A stretch of DNA of 64,000 nt from assembly GCA_033763905.1 (NCBI GenBank), contig JANRJP010000085.1, positions 14,276 to 78,275 on the forward strand, written 5' to 3'. Every line of letters begins with the position of its first letter. Position 1 is the stretch's first letter. Under the pieces are notes generated by a model. That model was given only the letters and a program-made list of their open reading frames with translations, ran no database searches and was not told the DNA's origin. Made by a program: the position numbers and the translations under genes. The DNA comes from Gemmatimonadaceae bacterium. GTDB taxonomy: Bacteria; Gemmatimonadota; Gemmatimonadetes; Gemmatimonadales; Gemmatimonadaceae. Below are positions 1 to 12,324 of the stretch, one piece after another.

Positions 1-2
1 TT

Positions 3-341
3 GCCCTCACGGTCACGTGGCTCTGCGGCGCTGGCGACAGCGTTGTCGGCGGCGAACTGCTGGCCATCGTGTGGTCCGGCACCATTGCCCCACGCGGCGA
101 TCCGATTCCGGAGCGTCCCCGCGCCGGTCGTGCCGTCGCACCGGTCGCCTTGTGGGAGTCTACCTTCCGCCCCGTGGCCGGCGATGCCGCCAGCTGGGCG
201 TGGCAGAACATCGCGAACGAAGAGCGTGCGCTGACGTCATCGGCCCTCGCCCTCCTCTGCGTCGAGCAGATCACCTTGGCCCGCGGCGCCGCACCGGCGC
301 TGGTCGCGGCCGGGTCCACTCTCAATCCCCCGACCGCGTGA
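3..341 (+). CDS. 3' part of a hypothetical protein running in from the window edge
   Basis: Frame is open from position 3 to TGA 339-341, and this stop overlaps the infA GTG start (GTGA), which suggests translational coupling. No family recognised. Confidence 0.45.
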   Translation, partial: ALTVTWLCGAGDSVVGGELLAIVWSGTIAPRGDPIPERPRAGRAVAPVALWESTFRPVAGDAASWAWQNIANEERALTSSALALLCVEQITLARGAAPALVAAGSTLNPPTA

Positions 342-553
342 AGCAAGAAGCCATCGAAATGGAAGGCACCGTCGCCGAAGTACTGCCCGGCGCGATGTTC
401 CGTGTGGACGTCTCGAACGGCCACCAACTGCTCGCCGCCACGGCGGGCAAGATGCGCAAGTTCCGCATTCGCATCATTGCCGGTGACCGCGTCACGGTGG
501 AAGTCTCGCCGTACGACCTCTCGCGCGGCCGAATCACCTTCCGGCACAAGTAA
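338..553 (+). CDS. infA: Translation initiation factor IF-1 (71 aa)
   Basis: [23 protein letters not shown]...[35 protein letters not shown] matches the IF-1 signature. GTG start at 338. Confidence 0.95.
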   Translation: MKQEAIEMEGTVAEVLPGAMFRVDVSNGHQLLAATAGKMRKFRIRIIAGDRVTVEVSPYDLSRGRITFRHK

Positions 554-570
554 GGCCGGACCCAGTCGCA

Positions 571-589
571 GTCGCGCCAGTGGCGCGAC
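571..589 (+). terminator. GC hairpin after infA (possible terminator, no U-tract)
   Basis: GTCGCGCC-AGT-GGCGCGAC, 8-bp stem, 17 nt after the infA stop. Confidence 0.4.
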
Positions 590-599
590 GGATCGCGAT

Positions 600-608
600 T
601 GCTACAAT
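600..608 (+). promoter_or_regulatory. Extended -10 promoter (TGcTACAAT), probable leaderless transcript
   Basis: TACAAT at 603-608, preceded by TGn and 6 nt before GTG 615. No Shine-Dalgarno. Confidence 0.6.
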
Positions 609-614
609 CCGGCT

Positions 615-1628
615 GTGTCTATCGCCGGTCAGCGCCTCGCCCTCGTCAGTCTGGTCGTGCCGGAGTACGACGAGGCCGTCGCCTACTACACCAGCGTGCT
701 CGGCTTGCGGCTCGTGCAGGACGAGCCGCAAGGTGACGGCAAGCGTTGGGTCGTGGTCGCCCCCGCGGGCGCGCCGGCCGGCGGCGCCGCGTTGTTGCTG
801 GCGCGCGCCGCGACGCCCGAGCAGGCCTCCCGCGTGGGCAACCAGACGGGAGGACGGGTCTTCCTGTTCCTCCACACGGCCGATTTTGCGGCGGATTACG
901 CGCGCTATGCGGCTGCGGGCGTCGAGTTCCTGAGCGAGCCCCGCGACGAACCCTACGGCCGCGTCGCTGTGTTCCGCGACCGCTACGGCACCAAGTGGGA
1001 TCTGATCGAACCGCGAGTCGCCACGCCCCTCGCCCACGAGGCCGCAGGGCTGGAGGCACACGCCGATGCCCTGCTGGCGTTTCTCACCGAATGCGAACGG
1101 CTCAAGACGGCGCTCCGGAGCGGCTGGACCTCCGCCGGTCGGCGCGAGAGTGTCGCCGAGCACACCTGGCGGCTGATGATGCTGGCACTGGTGATTCACC
1201 CCTCGGTGCCTGAGGCCGATCTCTTCCGGGTCCTCAAGATCTGCCTCGTGCACGATCTCGGCGAAGCGATTGGCGGCGACGTGCCGGCCCCGGAACAGGC
1301 GGCCCGTGGCGGGGTGAAAGGCACGGATGAGCGTCGGGATCTGCAAACACTGATCGCCCCGCTGCCCGCCGCGCTGGCGACCGAGATTCTGGCGTTGTGG
1401 GACGAATACGAGGCCGCCAGCACCGCCGAGGCGAGGCTCGCCAAGGCCCTCGACAAGCTCGAGACGATCTTGCAGCACACGCAAGGCGACAACCCGATGG
1501 ATTTCGACTACCGATTCAATCTCCACTACGGGCGACGCTACACCGAGGCCCCGCCCATCGTCGCCGCGCTCCGCGCTCGGCTCGATGCGGCCACGGAAGC
1601 GCGCGCCCACGCGCAGGAGTCGGCCTGA
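615..1628 (+). CDS. VOC/glyoxalase domain fused to an HD-domain hydrolase (HDDC2/YfbR-like)
   Basis: N-half: SLVVPEYDEAVAYY...GNQTGGRVFLFL...EPYGRVAVFRDRYGTKWDLIE (VOC). C-half: LKTALRSGW...ESVAEHTWR...LVHDLGEAIGGD...KALDKLE (HD). One open frame; start placed at GTG 615. Confidence 0.85.
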   Translation: MSIAGQRLALVSLVVPEYDEAVAYYTSVLGLRLVQDEPQGDGKRWVVVAPAGAPAGGAALLLARAATPEQASRVGNQTGGRVFLFLHTADFAADYARYAAAGVEFLSEPRDEPYGRVAVFRDRYGTKWDLIEPRVATPLAHEAAGLEAHADALLAFLTECERLKTALRSGWTSAGRRESVAEHTWRLMMLALVIHPSVPEADLFRVLKICLVHDLGEAIGGDVPAPEQAARGGVKGTDERRDLQTLIAPLPAALATEILALWDEYEAASTAEARLAKALDKLETILQHTQGDNPMDFDYRFNLHYGRRYTEAPPIVAALRARLDAATEARAHAQESA

Positions 1629-1629
1629 G

Positions 1630-3120
1630 ATGCGCGTCGCACGCACCGTACTACTGCTGATCGGCCTCCTGCCACTGGGCGCGAGCGCGCAGCGACCCGT
1701 CCCGCCGCCGACGCCGCTGCCGATGCCAGCAAGCGCCGACGCCGCCTCGGCCGGCGGGGCGCGAGTCTCAGGCAGCATTGTCGATTCGCTCGCGTCGAAG
1801 CCCTTGGCGAGCGCCGTCGTCCAGATCGTCTCGGCGACTGATGCCCGTGTCGCACGCACCGCGACCACGGATGTGAGCGGACAGTTCGTGTTCGACGGCG
1901 TGGCGGCGGGCCGCTATCTGCTTGGCGTGTCGCACCCCAGCCTCGACTCCCTCGGTGTGGCGTTGCCGCTGGTGGCGTTCACGGCGGGTGATGACGACCT
2001 GCGACTCACGCTTGGGACCCCGTCGGCGCTCACGCTGCGGCGCACGATGTGCGGCGGTTCCGGTGCCGACGTGGCCGCGGTGATCCTCGCGCGGGTCCGC
2101 GGCGCGTCCGACGGCCTCCCTCGCGTCCCCGCGCAGGTGCGGGCGACGTGGACCGAGGTCGTGGTCGCAGGGCTGCGGGTGCAGCGCATTCCGCGTCAGG
2201 TCGTCGCCGACGCGAACGACGACGGGCTGGCGGTCCTCTGCGATGTCCCGCTCAACGGCAGCGTCACCCTTCGCGCGTGGGCCGGGGCCGACTCCAGCGG
2301 GTTCGCGCCGGAGGATATGCCCACGTCCGGCCTGCTCAAGCGCGACTTGCTCGTCGCACCGGTGATGGTCGCGCAGGTCGTGGATACGGCCGCGGACTCG
2401 TCGACGGTCACGTCCACCGTGTTGCAGGGGACCGGCATCCTCCGTGGCGTCGTCCGGCGCGAGAACGGCGGTCGCTTGCGTGGCGCCCGGGTGCAGATCC
2501 AGGGCGGCGCGACCACCGCCACCACCGATGAACAGGGACGCTATCGGCTGACGGACCTTCCCCTGGGCACGCACCAACTCACGGTGCGCGCCGTGGGCTT
2601 CGTGACGGCGCGCGTGTCGGTCGACGTGCTCGGTGCCGGGGAAAGCACCAAGGACATCGTGCTCGCGCCGATTCAGCAGACGCTGTCCACCGTCACGGTG
2701 ACGAGCGAACGCCTCACGAACTCCCGCGGGATGATGGAGTTCGAGCGTCGCCGGAAGGCTGGGTTCGGCACGTTCTTCGATGAGAAGTTCATCACCGAGT
2801 TCAATCCCACCCAGACCACCGATCTCTTCCGCTTCGTGCCCGGCGCGACCGTGCAGCGCACGACGCGCGGCAATCGGCTCGTGTTGCGCGGCGCGGATTT
2901 CCGCGGCCTCTACTGCGAGCCGACCTACTTCGTCGATGGACTCCGGGTGCGATTGACCGAGAACGAGTCGATCGACGACATCGTGCCGCCCAAGGACATT
3001 CAGGCGGTCGAGGCCTATGTGCGCACCGGGAGCGTGCCGGTGCAATTCCAGTCCAACGACGGCTGCGGCACGATCGTCATCTGGACCGGCGGCCGAAGGA
3101 ACTCCGCGCCGACCCGATAG
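1630..3120 (+). CDS. Secreted protein with carboxypeptidase-regulatory-like Ig domains and a C-terminal TonB-plug-like domain, no beta-barrel
   Basis: Signal peptide MRVARTVLLLIGLLPLGASAQ; repeated 'G.V....G..L.GA.V...TD..G.Y' modules; C-terminal DLFRFVPG...YFVDG...DIQAVEAY...GCGTIVIWT. Confidence 0.7.
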   Translation: MRVARTVLLLIGLLPLGASAQRPVPPPTPLPMPASADAASAGGARVSGSIVDSLASKPLASAVVQIVSATDARVARTATTDVSGQFVFDGVAAGRYLLGVSHPSLDSLGVALPLVAFTAGDDDLRLTLGTPSALTLRRTMCGGSGADVAAVILARVRGASDGLPRVPAQVRATWTEVVVAGLRVQRIPRQVVADANDDGLAVLCDVPLNGSVTLRAWAGADSSGFAPEDMPTSGLLKRDLLVAPVMVAQVVDTAADSSTVTSTVLQGTGILRGVVRRENGGRLRGARVQIQGGATTATTDEQGRYRLTDLPLGTHQLTVRAVGFVTARVSVDVLGAGESTKDIVLAPIQQTLSTVTVTSERLTNSRGMMEFERRRKAGFGTFFDEKFITEFNPTQTTDLFRFVPGATVQRTTRGNRLVLRGADFRGLYCEPTYFVDGLRVRLTENESIDDIVPPKDIQAVEAYVRTGSVPVQFQSNDGCGTIVIWTGGRRNSAPTR

Positions 3121-3123
3121 CGA

Positions 3124-3153
3124 CACGGCCGCGGCAACCTCGCCGCGGCCGTG
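3124..3153. terminator. Hairpin between convergent genes (putative bidirectional terminator)
   Basis: CACGGCCGCGGC-AACCTC-GCCGCGGCCGTG, perfect 12-bp stem. Confidence 0.65.
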
Positions 3154-3162
3154 GTCCCGCCC

Positions 3163-6810
<3,648 letters not shown>

Positions 6811-6829
6811 TCCTCCGTCCCAATCCGCC

Positions 6830-9001
6830 GTGTTCCGTCGCTTGATCGTGTCCGCCACGCTGTGTGCATCCGCCGGCTGCGCGGGCGCACCCACGCCCGA
6901 GGTCGCCGCCTGGGAGGCCTGCGCCGCCACCGTGACCATTCAGCGCGACGACTGGGGTATCGCGCACGTGTCGGCGAAGACCGATGCCGATGCGATCTTC
7001 GGGATGCTGTACGCGCAGGCGGAAGACGACTTTAATCGCATCGAGACGAATTTCCTGACGGCGCTGGGTCGACTGGCCGAGGCCGAAGGCGCGTCGGCGC
7101 AGTGGCGCGATCTCCGGATGCGCCTGTTCATCGACCCCGACACCCTCAAGGCGCAGTACGCCGCGAGCCCCGCGTGGCTCAAGGCCCTGATGGACGCCTG
7201 GGCCGACGGGCTCAACTACTATCTGCATACGCACCCGCAGGTGCGGCCGCGCGTCCTCACGCGCTTCGAGCCCTGGATGGCGCTGGCGTTCTCGGAAGGG
7301 AGCATTGGCGGCGACATCGAGTCGGTGAGCACGCGCGCGCTGGCGGCCTTCTACGGCGACACCGCCGCAGCGGTCGCGGTGGTGCCGGTCTCGCGCACGC
7401 CGAAGGAGCCGAGCGGGTCGAACGGCATTGCGATCGCTCCGGCCAAGTCCGCCTCGGGGAAGGCGCTACTGCTGATCAATCCGCACACGTCGTTCTTCTT
7501 TCGTGACGAGGTGCAGGTCACGAGCGACGAGGGACTCAACGCCTACGGCGCGGTGACGTGGGGTCAGTTCTTCATCTATCAGGGCTTCAACGAACGCACG
7601 GGCTGGATGCACACCTCCAGCTCCGCCGATGCGATCGACGAGTTCCTCGAGACGGTGGATTCCACCGCGGCCGGCTGGCGCTACAAGTCCGGCACCGCGT
7701 GGCGCGAGCTGCAGGTGGTGCCGGTGACGATCCGCGTGCGGGAGGGCGACTCACTGGTCGCCCGCACCTTCCCGACGTACCGGACGCACCACGGGCCGAT
7801 CGTGCGCCGCGAGGGCGCGCGCTGGGTCAGCGTCGGCCTGATGAACAACCCGGTCACGGCCCTCACGCAGTCGTACGCACGCACCAAGGCGAAGTCGTTC
7901 GCCGAGTTCAAGGCGACGATGGATCTGCACACGAACTCGTCGAACAACACGATCTATGCCGACGCCGACGGTGTCACGGCGTACTTTCACGCGAACTTCG
8001 TGCCGAAGCGCGATCCCCGGTTCGACTGGCGTCGACCGGTCGATGGCAGCAACGCCGCCACCGACTGGAAGGGCGTGCACACCGTCGACGAATCGCCCTT
8101 GGTCGTGAGTCCGGCGAACGGCTGGCTCTACAACACCAACAACTTCCCGTATTCTGCGGCGGGCCCCGACAGCCCCAAGAAGGCGTCGTTCCCGGCGTAT
8201 ATGGACTGGGGCGCCGAGAATCCCCGCGGCATTCACGCGATGCGCGTACTGTCGGCGCAGTCGTCGTTCACGATCGCCACCTTGCGTGACGCGGCGTACG
8301 ACTCGTGGTTACCCGCCTTCGATCAGTTGCTGCCGGCGCTGTTCCGCGCCTACGATCGCCTGCCGGCCGCTGCCCCAGAACGCGCGGCACTGGCGGCGCC
8401 GATCGACAGTCTCAAGCGCTGGGACCGCCGCTGGAGCGCTGCATCCGTGCCGACGTCGCTCGCGATCGCGTGGGGTGACGAAGTCTGGACCCGCGTGAAC
8501 GCCGACGCGAATGCCGAAGATCTGTCGGTGTACGACTACATCGCGTCGCGTGCCCCCGATGCGGCGCTCGTCGGCGCGCTCACGACGGCAGTGGAGACCC
8601 TGACGGCGGACTTCGGCCGCTGGGAGACGCCCTGGGGCGAACGCAACCGCTTCCAGCGTGTGACGGCCGACATCGTGCAGCCCTTCTCGGACTCGGCCCC
8701 GAGCATTGCGGTGCCGTTCGCCTCCGCGCGCTGGGGCTCACTCGCCTCGTTCGGTGCCCGGAAGTACCCCGGCACCAAGCGGATGTACGGCACGAGCGGC
8801 AACAGCTTCGTGGCCATCGTCGAGTTCGGCGACAAGGTGCGCGCCGTGGCGGTCACGGCGGGTGGCGTGCGCGGCGATGCGTCGTCGAAGCACTTCAACG
8901 ATCAGGCCACGCGGTACGCCGACGGCGCGCTGCGAGAGGTGTACTTCTACCCCGAGCAGCGCAGCGGCCATATCGAGCGGGAGTACCGCCCGGGCCAGTG
9001 A
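6830..9001 (+). CDS. Penicillin acylase family (S45, Ntn-hydrolase) acylase, exported
   Basis: IQRDDWGIAHV, YAQAEDDF, nucleophile site G|SNGIAIAP, LLINPH, GFNERTGWMHT; N-terminal signal with possible lipobox SAGC. Confidence 0.9.
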   Translation: MFRRLIVSATLCASAGCAGAPTPEVAAWEACAATVTIQRDDWGIAHVSAKTDADAIFGMLYAQAEDDFNRIETNFLTALGRLAEAEGASAQWRDLRMRLFIDPDTLKAQYAASPAWLKALMDAWADGLNYYLHTHPQVRPRVLTRFEPWMALAFSEGSIGGDIESVSTRALAAFYGDTAAAVAVVPVSRTPKEPSGSNGIAIAPAKSASGKALLLINPHTSFFFRDEVQVTSDEGLNAYGAVTWGQFFIYQGFNERTGWMHTSSSADAIDEFLETVDSTAAGWRYKSGTAWRELQVVPVTIRVREGDSLVARTFPTYRTHHGPIVRREGARWVSVGLMNNPVTALTQSYARTKAKSFAEFKATMDLHTNSSNNTIYADADGVTAYFHANFVPKRDPRFDWRRPVDGSNAATDWKGVHTVDESPLVVSPANGWLYNTNNFPYSAAGPDSPKKASFPAYMDWGAENPRGIHAMRVLSAQSSFTIATLRDAAYDSWLPAFDQLLPALFRAYDRLPAAAPERAALAAPIDSLKRWDRRWSAASVPTSLAIAWGDEVWTRVNADANAEDLSVYDYIASRAPDAALVGALTTAVETLTADFGRWETPWGERNRFQRVTADIVQPFSDSAPSIAVPFASARWGSLASFGARKYPGTKRMYGTSGNSFVAIVEFGDKVRAVAVTAGGVRGDASSKHFNDQATRYADGALREVYFYPEQRSGHIEREYRPGQ

Positions 9002-9059
9002 CGGCGCAGTAGCGCCGGACAGCAGTTCCGCTTCGGCCACCGTCCGGCGACTTTGCGGG

Positions 9060-9947
9060 ATGCCGCTGCGCACCGCCCCGGACAATCTCGTCACCCGTCG
9101 GCACGTCGTGCAGACCCTGACGGGCTGCGCCGCCCATTTGGCGGCCGCCGCGCTGGTGTTGCCAGCGTCGGCCCGTCGGTTGTTTGCCGCCCCGCGGCTG
9201 CCGGTGGTGGCCGCCGAACCCTTCGGTCGGCTGGAGCGGGTGGCCGACGGCGTCTGGGCGTTGATCTCCACCCCGTTTGGCGGTGATCGGACGACGCTGG
9301 CGAATGGCGGGCTGATCGCGGGCACGCAGGCCGTGCTGGCCATCGAAGGCTTCTTCCAGCCGGCAGGGGCCGCGTGGCTGGCCGCGCAGAGCGTGGCACT
9401 CACAGGCCGCCATCCGACGCACGTGCTGCTCACCCACCATCACGCAGATCACGTCACGGGCGTGACCGGCTACGCGCGCGGTGCCGAGGCGCCGCTGCGG
9501 GTCACGGACGCCGGCACGCTCGATCTCGGGGGGCGGACCGTCAGGATTCGGCAGTTGCGAGGCCATACGGCCCGCGATCTCGTCGTGGTGTGCGACGACC
9601 CGGCGGTCACCTTCGCCGGCGATCTGATGTGGAACGGCATCTTCCCCAACTACGTGGATGCCGACCCGGTCGCGCTGCGCGAGTCGGTCACCTGGGTTGG
9701 CCGGCAACGCACGCCGATCGTGCCGGGGCACGGCTCCGTCGCCGACGCGGCCTCGTTCGCGCGATACGCCGCGCTGCTCGATGAGATCGAGGCCGCGGCG
9801 CGTCGGGGGCACGCCGCGGGCGTCACCGCCGCCGTCGCAGCACAAGGCTGGGCGGCGCCCGCCTCGCTCGGCGACTGGACTCTGTTCAACCCGTCGTTCA
9901 CCGAACGCGCCTTCGCGGCGTGGTACAAGCAGTTGGGTACGCGATGA
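9060..9947 (+). CDS. MBL-fold metallo-hydrolase (cyclase-like), probable Tat substrate
   Basis: TRRHVV twin-Arg leader; THHHADH, GHT..D, FAGDL, VPGHG. ATG at 9060. Confidence 0.85.
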   Translation: MPLRTAPDNLVTRRHVVQTLTGCAAHLAAAALVLPASARRLFAAPRLPVVAAEPFGRLERVADGVWALISTPFGGDRTTLANGGLIAGTQAVLAIEGFFQPAGAAWLAAQSVALTGRHPTHVLLTHHHADHVTGVTGYARGAEAPLRVTDAGTLDLGGRTVRIRQLRGHTARDLVVVCDDPAVTFAGDLMWNGIFPNYVDADPVALRESVTWVGRQRTPIVPGHGSVADAASFARYAALLDEIEAAARRGHAAGVTAAVAAQGWAAPASLGDWTLFNPSFTERAFAAWYKQLGTR

Positions 9948-11404
9948 CCGCTCGGACACTGCTCGCCGGCGCCCTGCTCGCCTCGACGCCGCTGTACGCA
10001 CAACCGACCACGCAGCCGGTGCTGGTGCTGCTCAAGTCGAACGCCTCGGCGGCACAGCTCTCGCCGAGCGGTGCCGTGGAGTTCAGCCTGCCCACTGGCG
10101 TGGGCCCGCACGAGGTTGTGGTCGGGCCTGACGGGCGCACCGCGGTCGTCGCCGACTACGGCGCGCGCGAACCCGGGCGCAGCCTGACGGTGCTCGATCT
10201 GGTCGATCGCCGCGTCGTGCGCACGATCGATCTCGGTGAGTATCGTCGGCCGCACGGACTCGCGTGGCTGCCGGGGTCTCGTCGGGTGCTGGTGACGTGC
10301 GAGACAAATCAGGTGGTGCTGGTCGTCGCGGTGGACGAGGGTCGGGTGGAGTCCGCCATCGGCACCAATGCGCGCGGCACGCATATGGTCGTCGTCTCCA
10401 AGGACGGTCGCACCGCGTGGACGTCGAACATCGGGGGCAGTGTCTCGCGACTCAACCTCGTGTCGCGCACGCTCGAGAAGACCGCACCGATTGGGGCCGG
10501 CCCAGAAGCCATTGACGTGAGCCCCGACGGCCGCGAGCTGTGGGTCGGCGACCGTCAGCTCAATCGCGTCACGATTCTCGATGCCGTCACGCTCGACTCG
10601 CTCGCGTCGTTGCCGACCGGGGAGTTTCCGAATCGAGCCAAGATGACGCCCGATGGCCGGACCGTGCTGATCTCGAACGCCAGGAGCGGCACGATTGCCG
10701 TGTATGATCGACAGCAGCGGGTGCGTTTGCCGGACATCGTCATTCCGTTCGACGCCAGCCGCGTGAAGGACCAGCTGCTCGGCACGCAGATGGGAGCGTC
10801 GCCGGTGCCGCTTGGCATCCTGATGCATCCGGCCGGCCAGCGCGCCTGGGTGGCACTGGCGGCCACCGACCAGATCGCCGAACTCGACGTCACGGCTCGG
10901 CGCGTCGCGCGGCTTATCAACACCGGCCGCGAACCCGACGGGATGGCACTCGTGATGCCGACCTACGCGGACGACGACACCTCCTTTGCCGCGGTACAGG
11001 CGCGTGGGGCCGTGGTGATGGGGGTGGATCAGTCGACGTCGACGCACCGGTTCGAGTCGCGCGCCGACGGCGGCCGCATCGTGTTGCAGCGAGACAGCGC
11101 AGACGCCGAGGGGACGGCGCGCATCCGGGCGCACCTGCGGGATATCGCGACGCGCTTCCGCCGTGGCGACTTCACCTTGCCCGGCGTCGTGCACGGCGAG
11201 ACGGTGCCCGGGACGGCGGTGATGGCCGCGCGTCGCGCGTCGATCCGCTACGCGGTCGATACGCTGCCGCGCGGCGGGATGGTCACCATCGTCACGCGCG
11301 ACGCCAAGGCGCGTGCGGCCATTCACGAGTTCCTCGACTATCAGCGCCGTGATCATCGGACGATGGATCATTCGATGCACCACGGTCGCCCCGAGGGCCG
11401 CTGA
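9944..11404 (+). CDS. YncE/YVTN beta-propeller protein fused to an uncharacterised C-terminal domain with a His-rich tail
   Basis: Signal peptide; repeated G..P...(S/T)PDG blades; about 140 extra C-terminal residues ending QRRDHRTMDHSMHH. ATGA overlap with the upstream gene. Confidence 0.8.
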   Translation: MTARTLLAGALLASTPLYAQPTTQPVLVLLKSNASAAQLSPSGAVEFSLPTGVGPHEVVVGPDGRTAVVADYGAREPGRSLTVLDLVDRRVVRTIDLGEYRRPHGLAWLPGSRRVLVTCETNQVVLVVAVDEGRVESAIGTNARGTHMVVVSKDGRTAWTSNIGGSVSRLNLVSRTLEKTAPIGAGPEAIDVSPDGRELWVGDRQLNRVTILDAVTLDSLASLPTGEFPNRAKMTPDGRTVLISNARSGTIAVYDRQQRVRLPDIVIPFDASRVKDQLLGTQMGASPVPLGILMHPAGQRAWVALAATDQIAELDVTARRVARLINTGREPDGMALVMPTYADDDTSFAAVQARGAVVMGVDQSTSTHRFESRADGGRIVLQRDSADAEGTARIRAHLRDIATRFRRGDFTLPGVVHGETVPGTAVMAARRASIRYAVDTLPRGGMVTIVTRDAKARAAIHEFLDYQRRDHRTMDHSMHHGRPEGR

Positions 11405-12324
11405 TGACCACGCGCGTGGTCGCCGAGGGCATCACGCTCTGCGATCTGCACCATATGCAGTCGCCGGAGGGGATCGCGACGGCCTTGCTCGAGACAGCCG
11501 ACGGGGTGGTGATCATCGACCCCGGTCCGACGAGCACGCTCGGCCACTTGCACGATGCGTTGCGCGATGCCGGCTCGCGGCTCGAGGACGTGAAGCACAT
11601 CGTGCTCACGCACATCCATCTCGATCACGCCGGCGCGTCGGGGACCTTGGTGGCGCAGGACCCGACGCGGCTGGTGTACGTGCACGAGCGCGGCGCCACG
11701 CATATGGCGGACCCGTCCCGGTTGCTGCGCAGCGCGGCGCGGCTGTACGGCGATCGGATGGAGCCGCTCTGGGGCGAATTCCGACCGGTGCCGGCGTCGT
11801 CGCTGCGACCGCTGACTGGCGGGGAGTCGCTCAAGTTTGGGCGCCGCGTGCTGCGCGTCGAGTACACCCCGGGGCACGCACAGCATCACATCAGCGTGCT
11901 CGACGAGCGGAGCGGCACCGCGTTCGTCGGCGACACCTGCGGCGAGCAACTGCCGAGTGGCACTCCGGTGATTCCGACCGTACCACCGCCCGACATCGAC
12001 CTAGCCCTGCTGGCAGGCTCGATCACGCGCATTCGCGCGTGGGGAGCCGAGCGACTGTTCCTGACCCACTTCGGACCGGTGCAGCCGGTCTCGGCGTATC
12101 TGGACGCGCACGACGCCGTGCTGGCGCGCTGGGCCGCGCTCGTCCTTGCGTCGTTCGACGCTGAGGGCAGCGACGACGACAAGGCCGACGCCTTCGCCGA
12201 TGCGCGGCTCGACGAACTGCGCGCCGGCAGCACGCCGGAAGGCGCTGCACTGCTCCGCCGTCCGCCGATTCGCGACTGCTGGTTCGGACTCGCCCGTTAT
12301 CTCCGCTCGCAGGTTCCTGGATGA
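11404..12324 (+). CDS. MBL-fold metallo-hydrolase (cytoplasmic)
   Basis: THIHLDHAG, TPGHAQHH, FVGD, THFG; TGATG overlap with the upstream gene. Confidence 0.9.
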   Translation: MTTRVVAEGITLCDLHHMQSPEGIATALLETADGVVIIDPGPTSTLGHLHDALRDAGSRLEDVKHIVLTHIHLDHAGASGTLVAQDPTRLVYVHERGATHMADPSRLLRSAARLYGDRMEPLWGEFRPVPASSLRPLTGGESLKFGRRVLRVEYTPGHAQHHISVLDERSGTAFVGDTCGEQLPSGTPVIPTVPPPDIDLALLAGSITRIRAWGAERLFLTHFGPVQPVSAYLDAHDAVLARWAALVLASFDAEGSDDDKADAFADARLDELRAGSTPEGAALLRRPPIRDCWFGLARYLRSQVPG

